Shown here: piece after piece, positions 38,421 through 47,452 of the stretch | How the letters are laid out: each line of letters opens with the position of its first letter | Position numbering within the stretch: position 1 is the first letter of the stretch | IMG/VR virus record: IMGVR_UViG_2162886007_000107 | Span: 1 to 64,000 of that record | DNA length: 64,000 nucleotides | Reading direction: 5' to 3' (one strand) | Position numbers and translations under genes: made by a program | Notes under the pieces: model-generated | Database searches by the model: none | What the model was told of the DNA's origin: nothing | Seen by the model: the letters and a program-made list of their open reading frames with translations, nothing else

Positions 38421-39445
38421 TGTCGACTGTTAACTTGGCTTTTTCAGCCGGGATTGAATCCACCTATCTGCTGCAAAAATTGTTATCTGATAACAATCGT
38501 GTACACATTGTGTTTGCTAACCTTTGTGGTGGTGCACAGGGTTATGCCGGTGAGATGTTGCGGGCCAAACAGATCCTCGACTATTTTCGGAAGAAGATCG
38601 ATGAGCCAGACAGCCCTTACACCAGAAGTCGCCTAGGGGAGGTCTTCTGGCATATTGGTGAACCTTATCTCAATGGGGTTTCTCGTTTCAAGTGTAGCAA
38701 TAATACTTGCAACGAAAACGCTACCACCAGTGTTACTCAGCAGTTTGCAATAACTGAAGTCATGATGAACTTCCGTAAGGAGCGCATCGCCAAACATTAT
38801 CCGACTACTGTTCTGGGGTGGATTAAAGAAGACGCTACCGAGTACAGTCTCAATGAATACGACTTCACCGAAGCTGAATATCAAGAGCTGTTGAATCTTC
38901 CAGTGCGGTTAGGTCGACTTACTAATTCTGATCTCATCGCCAAACCTTTCCGGGCACCTTTGTGGGAAATGCGTAAGGCCGACATCTGGAGAGATTTGGA
39001 TACGGACCTTAAGCAGTTGGTGCTGCCGAATGGTAAAGGCGAGTTGTATGACGACCATTTTCTCCACAACATCTCCACTGCCAAACGTTTGGAACTTGAG
39101 CATCATCGACTTCCGTTTAACGAAACTTACAAGATCCCAGTTCCCGACGATGGTTTTGGTTTCTTTGTTCGTCTGTTGTTAGACGCAATTCATCCTAGTG
39201 AGTTTGGATTGCCTAATGAAGCAAGTGGGCTTGTAAATACTTGCCGGACCACCTTTATCCAGAAACTTGGAAACATGGTTGAAGACGAAAGGGTCAAAGG
39301 TCTGAAGAAAAGCTTTGAGAATCACATGAAGACGGTCTACGAATATGCCACTAAATTTGTCTGGCCTGTTCCTGTTCCAACGATCGAAGTATTTGCTGAT
39401 GTGGGCGAAGGTGCTGAACGAGTTGAATTAATAGGGAATCAGTAA
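38420..39445 (+). CDS. PP-loop (QueC-like) adenine nucleotide alpha-hydrolase fold protein
   Basis: N-terminal LAFSAGIESTYLL (SGGxDS variant); APLWEMRKADI (PLxxxxKxxI). Confidence 0.6.
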   Translation: MSTVNLAFSAGIESTYLLQKLLSDNNRVHIVFANLCGGAQGYAGEMLRAKQILDYFRKKIDEPDSPYTRSRLGEVFWHIGEPYLNGVSRFKCSNNTCNENATTSVTQQFAITEVMMNFRKERIAKHYPTTVLGWIKEDATEYSLNEYDFTEAEYQELLNLPVRLGRLTNSDLIAKPFRAPLWEMRKADIWRDLDTDLKQLVLPNGKGELYDDHFLHNISTAKRLELEHHRLPFNETYKIPVPDDGFGFFVRLLLDAIHPSEFGLPNEASGLVNTCRTTFIQKLGNMVEDERVKGLKKSFENHMKTVYEYATKFVWPVPVPTIEVFADVGEGAERVELIGNQ

Positions 39446-39482
39446 TCGTATTGTTCAGTTCTCACATTCAAGCAGGTGCAAG

Positions 39483-40169
39483 ATGAGCAAGGGCTTCTTT
39501 CTCGTAGTAGGTGGCATTGGTGGTAGTGGCAAGACCGGTCTCTGTAAAAAGATCGCTGGGTTTTTTGAAGAGGCTGGTTTCTCTTATATTCAGACGTTTG
39601 AGCCTGGTGGTACTCCTGCTGCTAACTACTTGCGGACACTATGTCGTCAAGGGTTGCCAGATTGCGAGCCACTTACTCCAATGGCTGAAGCTATGCTGTT
39701 CAATGCTGCTCGTGCCCAACACGTTGAGACGGTGATTCGTCCTGCACTTGCTGAAGGCAAGGTGGTTATCTGTGATCGTTATGCAGAGACCACCTATGCT
39801 TACCAGGGTGCCGCTCGTGGCGCAAATATCTTCAATCTGCAACAAGTGCATCATTACGGTATTGGCTTGGATCCTGATCTGACCATTATCCTGGATGGTG
39901 ATGCTGAAGTGTTCATGAGTCGCGTCAGTGATCAAGAGAAACTCACTGACAAGTTCGATGCGATGGCTTTGGCTACTCAAGAGCGCATGCAAGAATATCT
40001 GGCTCATTTGGTTGAACGAGATAACACCGGCAAGTTTGTTGATGTAGAGGCAGACGGTACTCGCGAACAACTGTGGGAGCAAGTCCTCCCTCATTTGGAA
40101 AAGATCAAGAAGCATCTGTTCCTCAACACCATTCCAAATAATAAATTGGAAGTGGGCATTAAAGATTAA
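39483..40169 (+). CDS. tmk: Thymidylate kinase
   Basis: GSGKT P-loop, EPGGT, LFNAARAQH, DRY, AYQG and PDLT motifs. Confidence 0.9.
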   Translation: MSKGFFLVVGGIGGSGKTGLCKKIAGFFEEAGFSYIQTFEPGGTPAANYLRTLCRQGLPDCEPLTPMAEAMLFNAARAQHVETVIRPALAEGKVVICDRYAETTYAYQGAARGANIFNLQQVHHYGIGLDPDLTIILDGDAEVFMSRVSDQEKLTDKFDAMALATQERMQEYLAHLVERDNTGKFVDVEADGTREQLWEQVLPHLEKIKKHLFLNTIPNNKLEVGIKD

Positions 40170-40236
40170 GTCATCCTGCCTCCTGCTCCTCACGGGGCAG
40201 GAGGTGGGTACTTTTCTTATTTAACTTTTGTGTTGT

Positions 40237-40253
40237 TTCAGACCTATATTACT
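40237..40253 (+). promoter_or_regulatory. phiKZ-type early promoter
   Basis: TTCAGACCTATATTACT directly after a terminator hairpin (~40173-40207). Confidence 0.75.
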
Positions 40254-40307
40254 CGGGTAACATGAATTAAACAAATCATTTTAACCGCCTTGTGCAAGGA
40301 GCAATTC

Positions 40308-40751
40308 ATGGTTCTCGCTGATCCTTCTGCTGAGTTACGCCAACGTTTTGAAACCGCCTTTGACAACATCAAAGTAACGGTGTCTTTTAATAAAGACTGG
40401 CGTGATGAACATGGTCGGCTCAGTGGAGCCGTCCAAACCGATCTCAAGATTGGGGAAGTTGTAAAGACCACCTGCCCTGATTCCGCTCGTCGGATCATCA
40501 TGGTCGGTACTCCAATGGATACCGTAGTGGTGTACGAACGTCACAGCCTGAATGAAGGGCGTACCTTCAAACTGGTTTACGACGCTAACCCAATCCTCGA
40601 TCGTTTGCTTGGGAGCAGTTTCCTGAGCATTGCCCAATTCAGTCTGGTCGTTACTGACTACGACGTAAAAGAAAACATGGGTACGTTCCTGGACAAGATG
40701 TATGTCAGCATGCGTAATCATGCTCAACCTTCTGTAAAGAAAGTAGGCTAA
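40308..40751 (+). CDS. Hypothetical early protein
   Basis: AAGGAG RBS; RRIIMVGT..TVVVYER motif. Confidence 0.75.
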   Translation: MVLADPSAELRQRFETAFDNIKVTVSFNKDWRDEHGRLSGAVQTDLKIGEVVKTTCPDSARRIIMVGTPMDTVVVYERHSLNEGRTFKLVYDANPILDRLLGSSFLSIAQFSLVVTDYDVKENMGTFLDKMYVSMRNHAQPSVKKVG

Positions 40752-40760
40752 GAGGTAGTC

Positions 40761-41189
40761 ATGAAAAAGTTTGCAATCGTTGCACTGGTAATGGGGTTGT
40801 TCACTGGTTCTGCAATGGCTACTGAAGTCCAGAGCGTGATCTCGTGCAAAACAGGTGACGGAGTTAATCTCTCTGTTACCTGGGAACCAAAGTCCGGCAA
40901 TGTAGTTCTCAATCATGGGGACTACACCGCCACCCGCAATACCAATGACATGGGATGGAGCAAGATCATCCGTGTCGAAGTGGAAGACACCGAAGTCTAT
41001 CTGGACAAAGGTGATATCCACAACATCATCTCTGTTACCGATACTGGTAATATGAAGGTGGTGAGTCTTAAACAAAGCAAGGTCAGTAATCCAGACGACA
41101 TTCTGTCCATGGATGCATGCATTGCTGATATCCGACTGAACATCACCGACGCGTTCCTAGCAAACATGATTAACGTCGACGACGAGTAA
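40761..41189 (+). CDS. Secreted/periplasmic protein
   Basis: Sec signal peptide MKKFAIVALVMGLFTGSAMA; two Cys in the mature chain. Confidence 0.8.
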   Translation: MKKFAIVALVMGLFTGSAMATEVQSVISCKTGDGVNLSVTWEPKSGNVVLNHGDYTATRNTNDMGWSKIIRVEVEDTEVYLDKGDIHNIISVTDTGNMKVVSLKQSKVSNPDDILSMDACIADIRLNITDAFLANMINVDDE

Positions 41190-41230
41190 GTCTTCCTTCT
41201 TTCAACACCACTGTTATTAAGGATCGTTCC

Positions 41231-42022
41231 ATGCCAATTCTTCCAAGCAAAGATATTCCGATGGGTGCTCAAGACCAACCTTTTGCTTACTGCAATCGTT
41301 GGAAAGTCAACCCTGACTGGCTGCATGAACTTGTACAACTCAACCCAAGCATCGGTCTTATGACCGCTCCTCTGGAACATCGGGTAGTGGTACAGGCCAT
41401 TACCATGGCTGCGCTGCAAATGGTCGGCCGGGACAAGCTGACCTCGGACATCTGCATCGTTGTGGACTGGGATGCTTTCCATTGCGCGGAATATCGCGGT
41501 GACGGCGTAAGCGGTCCAGGCGATCTGTACTTTGTCAGCAGCAACCCGCAGTTCAAACTGACTGAATGGGAAACTGAGCCTACCTTCGGTCATCACCATC
41601 AGGCAGGGTGGGGATATGGCGCCTGGGCAATCAGCAATGAGTGGTTGCGGTGGGCGCTCAAGAAACTGGCGATCGACAATCTTCGGGAGTCCCGTAACTC
41701 TCGTCTTCGCGTATCGAGTTTTGTTATCGACAAGGTTGCAAAACTTGCCGGACAAGATCCCAATACGGTCAGCGTAATCATCGACTGGGATCTATACGTC
41801 AACGAAGGTAGTCGATTCGACAGCGACATTCCTACAGTGATCTTCATGACCAGTGTGGAAATCGATCTTCGTCAAGTTGCCGAACCCCATGGTTCTGGTG
41901 AGCTGATGGAAAAAGCCGCGCAATCTTCCGTGATCTCTACTCAAGAAGGCGGAATCAACCACACCCAACTCCAGGGCGTGGAACTCAAGGGCTTGAAGAA
42001 CGATCCTTCTGGACTTCGGTAA
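41231..42022 (+). CDS. Hypothetical protein with internal duplication
   Basis: Two copies of a segment ending ICIVVDWD / VSVIIDWD. Confidence 0.75.
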   Translation: MPILPSKDIPMGAQDQPFAYCNRWKVNPDWLHELVQLNPSIGLMTAPLEHRVVVQAITMAALQMVGRDKLTSDICIVVDWDAFHCAEYRGDGVSGPGDLYFVSSNPQFKLTEWETEPTFGHHHQAGWGYGAWAISNEWLRWALKKLAIDNLRESRNSRLRVSSFVIDKVAKLAGQDPNTVSVIIDWDLYVNEGSRFDSDIPTVIFMTSVEIDLRQVAEPHGSGELMEKAAQSSVISTQEGGINHTQLQGVELKGLKNDPSGLR

Positions 42023-42109
42023 GCAATCCTTAGAGAAACCTACCGGCCCTTATGGGTCGGTAGTGTTCTTTTATTTTTTTGTTTCCATTCTGTGTAGGAG
42101 GACGGAAAT

Positions 42110-42850
42110 ATGACTATGCGATTCACACTAGCAGACAGTAAGGAATACAAAAACTTTAACTCGATTCTTTCTTCTTTGGAAGGTCTTCTTCCATTGGACT
42201 TTGTAGTCGCCATTTACAACCATATGAAAACAAACCCTCAGGGATTTGATAATACTTGGTTGCAACGCGCTCTTGTAACAGCCTGTGAGGTTGCTGAGGC
42301 TCATGATCTTAACGACCATGGTCGTGGTATCCTTTTGGCTACCGTCTGTCTCATGGAGGCTGGCAGAGGCTTTAAGGGAGCATCCAGTAAAGAAGCAAGC
42401 GCGGCTTTTGCTCTCACCTTCATCAATCAAGTAGCACCCCGCTATTTTGAGGAAGAAGAGATCAAAGTTATATATAACTGTTGCCGTTACAACAGTGAAC
42501 GTTTTAAAAGAGGAGTCGACGGTGCTTTTGTCATCATGGCTGACTCTGTTCGAGTTCTTACCAACGTACGGTTCAACGATATGGACAATACGGTGGTTAA
42601 GTTCGTAAGGGATATTAAGAACACCGAGGTTTGTCAGATAGAATCTGCCTCTATTGACGAATGGCATAACACATTGGCTGTTGCCTTTGATAATGCGTAC
42701 GGTCACACCGGCACTGAATGGCGTCGGGTATCTCTTGCAGCACTAAAAGCGTTTGAGCCTTATGTCACGGCATTCAAACGTCAGGCGGCAAACAAGGTAG
42801 TAGTGAAAACTCTTGTTGGTCAAAATTATCCACAAATCTTTTGCAGGTAA
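42110..42850 (+). CDS. HD-domain-like protein lacking metal ligands
   Basis: ILLATVCLMEAGR (cf. AALLHDIGK), EASAAFA, EEIKVIYNCCRYN; GGAGG RBS. Confidence 0.55.
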   Translation: MTMRFTLADSKEYKNFNSILSSLEGLLPLDFVVAIYNHMKTNPQGFDNTWLQRALVTACEVAEAHDLNDHGRGILLATVCLMEAGRGFKGASSKEASAAFALTFINQVAPRYFEEEEIKVIYNCCRYNSERFKRGVDGAFVIMADSVRVLTNVRFNDMDNTVVKFVRDIKNTEVCQIESASIDEWHNTLAVAFDNAYGHTGTEWRRVSLAALKAFEPYVTAFKRQAANKVVVKTLVGQNYPQIFCR

Positions 42851-42855
42851 GGACT

Positions 42856-43281
42856 ATGCCAGAAGCTGTATTGAACGGCGCTGTTACTATTATCTGGGCG
42901 CTTGTCATGCTCTACTTGGTAATACGGTTCATGGAATCCAGAGCCTTCGAGTACAGCCTAAGACACACAGAGACCGGGTTGGTCTTTGAGTATCGACTGG
43001 GAGTCTACAGCGGACGCATCACCATGGTGCGAGACAGTAATGCTGTAATCCCCACCATCCAGCAAGTCATGGGTGGTTGGAAGCTGAAGTTCCCCACGGA
43101 CTACAGTTTCAAGGAAATGTGTCTATTCGCCCAGGGACATATCAAACGAGGCATGGAGTCAGCTTCACATTCCAAGGATCTGTTGATCTTCGACGAGGTT
43201 GTCAATAAGCACAATGACGCTTTAGTCTCGATCAATGGCAGAGTTTATTGTTACGATAACTCTGATCACAAACCTTACTGA
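42856..43281 (+). CDS. Membrane-anchored hypothetical protein
   Basis: AAGGA RBS; N-terminal hydrophobic helix. Confidence 0.7.
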   Translation: MPEAVLNGAVTIIWALVMLYLVIRFMESRAFEYSLRHTETGLVFEYRLGVYSGRITMVRDSNAVIPTIQQVMGGWKLKFPTDYSFKEMCLFAQGHIKRGMESASHSKDLLIFDEVVNKHNDALVSINGRVYCYDNSDHKPY

Positions 43282-43306
43282 GAATCTGCATATGTGCAGA
43301 CATAAC

Positions 43307-43341
43307 CCTACCCCTACTCCCACTAAGGGAGTAGGGGTAGG
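43307..43341. terminator. 15-bp perfect hairpin between convergent genes
   Basis: CCTACCCCTACTCCC-actaa-GGGAGTAGGGGTAGG. Confidence 0.75.
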
Positions 43342-43366
43342 AATGTCTAACTTAACTACTTGGCTA

Positions 43367-44266
43367 TTAACCGAGGTAGCTTGGGTTATCCACGCGGACC
43401 GCTTGCTCAACCATGCGCTCGATGTTACCCGCTTGCGAGTTTTCAACGATAGCAGTACGCTGAGTGAAGCCGATCGGAGCAGTGGTTGCATCCGGGTTGT
43501 GAAGAGGCATCAGCTTCAACATCTGACGTGCAATCTCGATCACCGCATAGGTGTCGAATTCGATAACGCCAGTGAACTCCATGGCGATGTCACGGATGAC
43601 GTTATCTTCGTCTTTGTTGCGCTTCAGATCGATCTTCACGTTCTGAGTTGGCTGGCCACCAACCAGGATTGCGGCGTGCGCAATGTCCCGGAAGTTGCGA
43701 GTCGGCTCGAAGTAGATAGCCGAGTAACCAGTTTCGTCCAACATCATGTCACCCGGATCGTCCAGAATCACCATCTTGGCGTTCAGGATTTCGGCGTCCA
43801 TCACCAGCCACTGTTGCCATACCTTGAACATCTTGGTGAATGGTTCACCTTCAACGTCATAACCGGTGTGGGTCACAGCACCGAGGGTACGCTGAGCGCC
43901 CACGGCGATGGCCATCCGGTGACCAGTCCAACGCATGTCTGCGAAGTTGATCACGGTTTGATCGGAGAGACCCTCGAAGATCCGCGTACGGTTTTCGAGG
44001 AACGATTTGCACAGGGAGTGCAGCTGGTCACCAGCAGGCAGGCGCGAGAACCCAGCAGGGGTGCTGAGCACGATACACCATGCTTGTTGGGAGACGTGTG
44101 GCTGAGTGGAGACGTAATCGAATACGTTACCAGCCCAGCCGTACTGACCGCCCCGTACGGGGTTGATAACCGGACGGTTACCAATGTCCATTGCCTGGAC
44201 AAATGGGTCGCTCTGTGGGAGCAACGTTTCACTGTCGCGATGCGGCAGGTTAGTATCAGAAGCCAT
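43367..44266 (-). CDS. Tail tube protein (phiKZ gp30-like)
   Basis: 299 aa directly downstream of the sheath gene; very strong codon bias. Confidence 0.8.
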   Translation of the reverse strand: MASDTNLPHRDSETLLPQSDPFVQAMDIGNRPVINPVRGGQYGWAGNVFDYVSTQPHVSQQAWCIVLSTPAGFSRLPAGDQLHSLCKSFLENRTRIFEGLSDQTVINFADMRWTGHRMAIAVGAQRTLGAVTHTGYDVEGEPFTKMFKVWQQWLVMDAEILNAKMVILDDPGDMMLDETGYSAIYFEPTRNFRDIAHAAILVGGQPTQNVKIDLKRNKDEDNVIRDIAMEFTGVIEFDTYAVIEIARQMLKLMPLHNPDATTAPIGFTQRTAIVENSQAGNIERMVEQAVRVDNPSYLG

Positions 44267-44281
44267 GACTTCCTATCTCCC

Positions 44282-46441
44282 TTAGTTGGTGCCCAGTTCT
44301 TCTTCGTTGTGAGCGAAGAGGTCCATGGTCATCATGTATTTAGCCTTGTTGAAGTAGGCGTGTACTTGGGTCTGCATGATAGCTTTGCTACCAACAGTGC
44401 CTTCGAAGTAGCCAGGTTCAACGCGAATGTTGCGAGCCAGAGCACCCACACGGTCACGGCACTCACGTTCTGCGCGGTCCTTGAACAGCGAGACGTAGTT
44501 GTTGGCCGAGTAGTTGGTGTCACCGCACACGTAGTTCCAGCAGTCCTGGCAGATCTTCTCGATGCATACGCAAATGAAGTTCGTGATCAGATCCTTGAGG
44601 ACGGAGTCCACGTTGGAGTAGATCGTTACCAGAGCAGGACGGAACAGACGATCGCCGGAGTCGTACGGACGCAGTGTGATGCAACCACGTTCGAAGTTGT
44701 CGGCGCTTTGCACGTCGCTCTCGAACTCGATGTTCGGAGAGTGCATGGTGCGCAGGATGCGGTTGTCCGCATGACCAGGAGACTTCGATGGGACGATAAC
44801 GCCCTGATCGTTACCAGCGAACTGGGCAAAGGCATAAGCCAAGTCCAGGTTACCGGAGAAGTAATCACCAGTCAACTCGTCGATTGCCAGAGCTTCAATC
44901 AGGTTGATCGACGCACGGCAGGACGGGGTACCCCAGTATTCCGATTCAGGGTACATGCGGGTCATGTTGTTCAGCTGAACCGAACGCGAGTAGACCTGCG
45001 CCAGGGCGTTAGCCTTGGACGGCTCGTAGATGGTGGCGCAAGGCATCACGATGATGTCCTTACGGGCAGCCAGCAGACGGATAGCAGTGTCCTTCACGTC
45101 CTGCGAGTAGCCGACGTCCCAGAAAACCGACTGGCGGTTACGGGTAACGTTGGACTGCTCGATGCCGGAGACGTAACCTTCCATGTCTTCAGCGATCAGG
45201 GCGTTGTTGATCTGCCACGCCTCACCACGAGTCAACGGCTGCTCGGCATCACCCAACAGGTTGAACGGGTCATCCACAGGCTCACGTACCAGATAGTCTG
45301 GCAGTTTGCCTTCGTTGTCGTAGAACGGATTGATACCGCCCGATGCCTTGACCGCGTAGGTCATGTCCCAGGTGGTGGTATCTTTCACGGTCACCGCGTA
45401 GTACGGGATACCGGAATGGTTCTGAGCAGTGAACGGGTTCATCTGCTTGTACGGACGTACGTTCAGAACTTCAACCAGGCTGGTGTTGTTCGGCTTCTCT
45501 ACAGCGTAGAGGGCCTGGCACAGCGCGTCGATCGACTGCTGGTACACATGAACACCAGAGTACGGAGCAGGGATCGGAACAACCTTACGGTTGGCGTTGG
45601 TACCGGTGTACTCACCGAAGGCCAGCTTCAGGTTGTAGCGAGTGCTCAGATACAGGGTATCGAACAGAGTCGCTTCAACGCTTTCACGACCACGCTGGGT
45701 TTTGGCATAAATGCGCTTACCAGCTTTGTTGTCGCGGAAGGTCTTCAGGTTAAAAGGGAAGACGCCGGTCGCTTTCACGAACTTGGCAACTTCGCCGAAC
45801 TGGAACGCGGTTGGAGAAACACCGAAGTTCATGCCGGAGTCGTTGTAAAGGTCGCCCACGCCCGCCATGCCGTCGTAGATCGGGAACACTTCAGTGACAG
45901 GGTCATCTTCAGTGGCACCAGCAATCGAACGGCGAGTCAGATTACCGACCGCTTTGGTTTTCGCGTCTGGGTCGAGTTTGATCTCGATGCTCAGGCCGTC
46001 GAATTCCTTACCAGGAACCGGGATCTTGTTGCCATCCTGGTCACGGACGAAGTTACCGGCCATGTCACGTTCGAAATCCGGAACCTTGATTTTCTGTACG
46101 AAGGCCGAAACGGCAGTACGTGCCATTGCGTTGTTCGCAGACAGACGACGGATACCAACCGAAGCCTGACCGCCAGCGATGAGCCGTTGGATCAGAACAG
46201 AGGTTGGGCCGTAGTAGGACGAGTCCGGATCATTGATGTCGCCGAATACAGCAGCGATGTCTTTGGTCTGGAGCCAAACAGTACCCACTTCACTGGCCAG
46301 TTTGCCTTTAGGGAAGACCCCATGGATTACTGGGCAGTGCAGTGGACGTGTAACCTGGACGGGGGTGTATTCCGGGATCGAATCGTCTTTGATCCCCCGG
46401 TTATCCACCTTACCAGGGATGATACTGGTGAGAGAAGTCAT
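44282..46441 (-). CDS. Tail sheath protein (phiKZ gp29-like)
   Basis: 719 aa; PLHCP, FWDVGY and YPESEYWGTP; divergent from the structural/terminase operon. Confidence 0.85.
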   Translation of the reverse strand: MTSLTSIIPGKVDNRGIKDDSIPEYTPVQVTRPLHCPVIHGVFPKGKLASEVGTVWLQTKDIAAVFGDINDPDSSYYGPTSVLIQRLIAGGQASVGIRRLSANNAMARTAVSAFVQKIKVPDFERDMAGNFVRDQDGNKIPVPGKEFDGLSIEIKLDPDAKTKAVGNLTRRSIAGATEDDPVTEVFPIYDGMAGVGDLYNDSGMNFGVSPTAFQFGEVAKFVKATGVFPFNLKTFRDNKAGKRIYAKTQRGRESVEATLFDTLYLSTRYNLKLAFGEYTGTNANRKVVPIPAPYSGVHVYQQSIDALCQALYAVEKPNNTSLVEVLNVRPYKQMNPFTAQNHSGIPYYAVTVKDTTTWDMTYAVKASGGINPFYDNEGKLPDYLVREPVDDPFNLLGDAEQPLTRGEAWQINNALIAEDMEGYVSGIEQSNVTRNRQSVFWDVGYSQDVKDTAIRLLAARKDIIVMPCATIYEPSKANALAQVYSRSVQLNNMTRMYPESEYWGTPSCRASINLIEALAIDELTGDYFSGNLDLAYAFAQFAGNDQGVIVPSKSPGHADNRILRTMHSPNIEFESDVQSADNFERGCITLRPYDSGDRLFRPALVTIYSNVDSVLKDLITNFICVCIEKICQDCWNYVCGDTNYSANNYVSLFKDRAERECRDRVGALARNIRVEPGYFEGTVGSKAIMQTQVHAYFNKAKYMMTMDLFAHNEEELGTN

Positions 46442-46556
46442 GCTTAACCTCTTTAGCGTTTAGGATTGGGGTCCTTAAACAATCGTATGCAAGCTTTTTA
46501 GGCTACTCAGCTATTATTTAACTGGCCTATAACATATCCTCCGAGGGGTTCGAAGA

Positions 46557-47447
46557 ATGCTTATTAACGCCTACGACACGACCGTAGGGAAACCTTTTAA
46601 GGTAACCGACCAGGTTGAGGCCACAATTAAGGCCTTGCACATTGCTCGAACCTTGGTCCCCACCAAGAAAGAGGGTGTGTTTTGTATCGACTACAGCGCT
46701 GAAGTGTCAGTGAAGATTTTCGCCTTTCCGATTACTCTGCGTGCGTACAACAACAAGAACATTACTGTTCATGATGAACGTCCTTATCGCAACAAGAGTA
46801 ATAATCAGGTAGTCAACAGTAACGAGCTGACTGCTTTGCGTTTGGCTTCCTTTTTACAGCATGATGTGGCAGAAGGAGATCCTGGTCCTCTGAAAAAAAT
46901 GCGAGCTGTTGCTTGCAAGGGTTTCTCTGAGTCGATCAGTAACCGTATTTCCAAGCCTGCTGGTCTGAACGCTAACGAATCGATGACCTTGAAGATCTTG
47001 CTGGGTCATTACTTTGTTTCGTTGATTGAGCCACAAGGTAATGACGTTGAGCTGGTAACCACCAACGTTATGCGTGAAGTCTACGGTGCAGATAAAGGCT
47101 TTGTACTTGGTATCATTGACGATATTCAAGACATCGGCCATTTGCACAACCTTGAACAGTTGCTTCAGGCTATCAACAGAAACCCAACGCTGTACAAGTT
47201 GAAGGGTTACGAGCTGAAAGATTTGATTGCGGCTTATTCAGGTATTACCTTTGCTGCTTTGGGTAGTAAGGTAATTGGTGCTGCTTGTGAGGCTCCTTGT
47301 CTCTTCTCAGCTCTTACCTACGTGGCTGCTAAATTCACCAGTTCCTATTCCAGGACAAAACTGGGTGAAGCCCTGGATATCAAATACAACAAAGAACTGT
47401 TGAAGAACTTTACCCTCAACGTCGAATGTACCTATGATCTTTGGTGA
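46557..47447 (+). CDS. Conserved protein (phiKZ gp28 position)
   Basis: 296 aa; synteny. Confidence 0.7.
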   Translation: MLINAYDTTVGKPFKVTDQVEATIKALHIARTLVPTKKEGVFCIDYSAEVSVKIFAFPITLRAYNNKNITVHDERPYRNKSNNQVVNSNELTALRLASFLQHDVAEGDPGPLKKMRAVACKGFSESISNRISKPAGLNANESMTLKILLGHYFVSLIEPQGNDVELVTTNVMREVYGADKGFVLGIIDDIQDIGHLHNLEQLLQAINRNPTLYKLKGYELKDLIAAYSGITFAALGSKVIGAACEAPCLFSALTYVAAKFTSSYSRTKLGEALDIKYNKELLKNFTLNVECTYDLW

Positions 47448-47452
47448 TACCT

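Noticed and set aside
44266-44284. In-frame sheath and tube genes suggesting a read-through fusion
   Set aside because: The spacer has a second in-frame stop (TAA GGG AGA TAG) and its own RBS
43235-46447. 1070-aa plus-strand ORF
   Set aside because: Antisense shadow of the tail tube and sheath genes, which share a frame and have strong codon bias; it runs through a terminator hairpin and has no recognisable motifs
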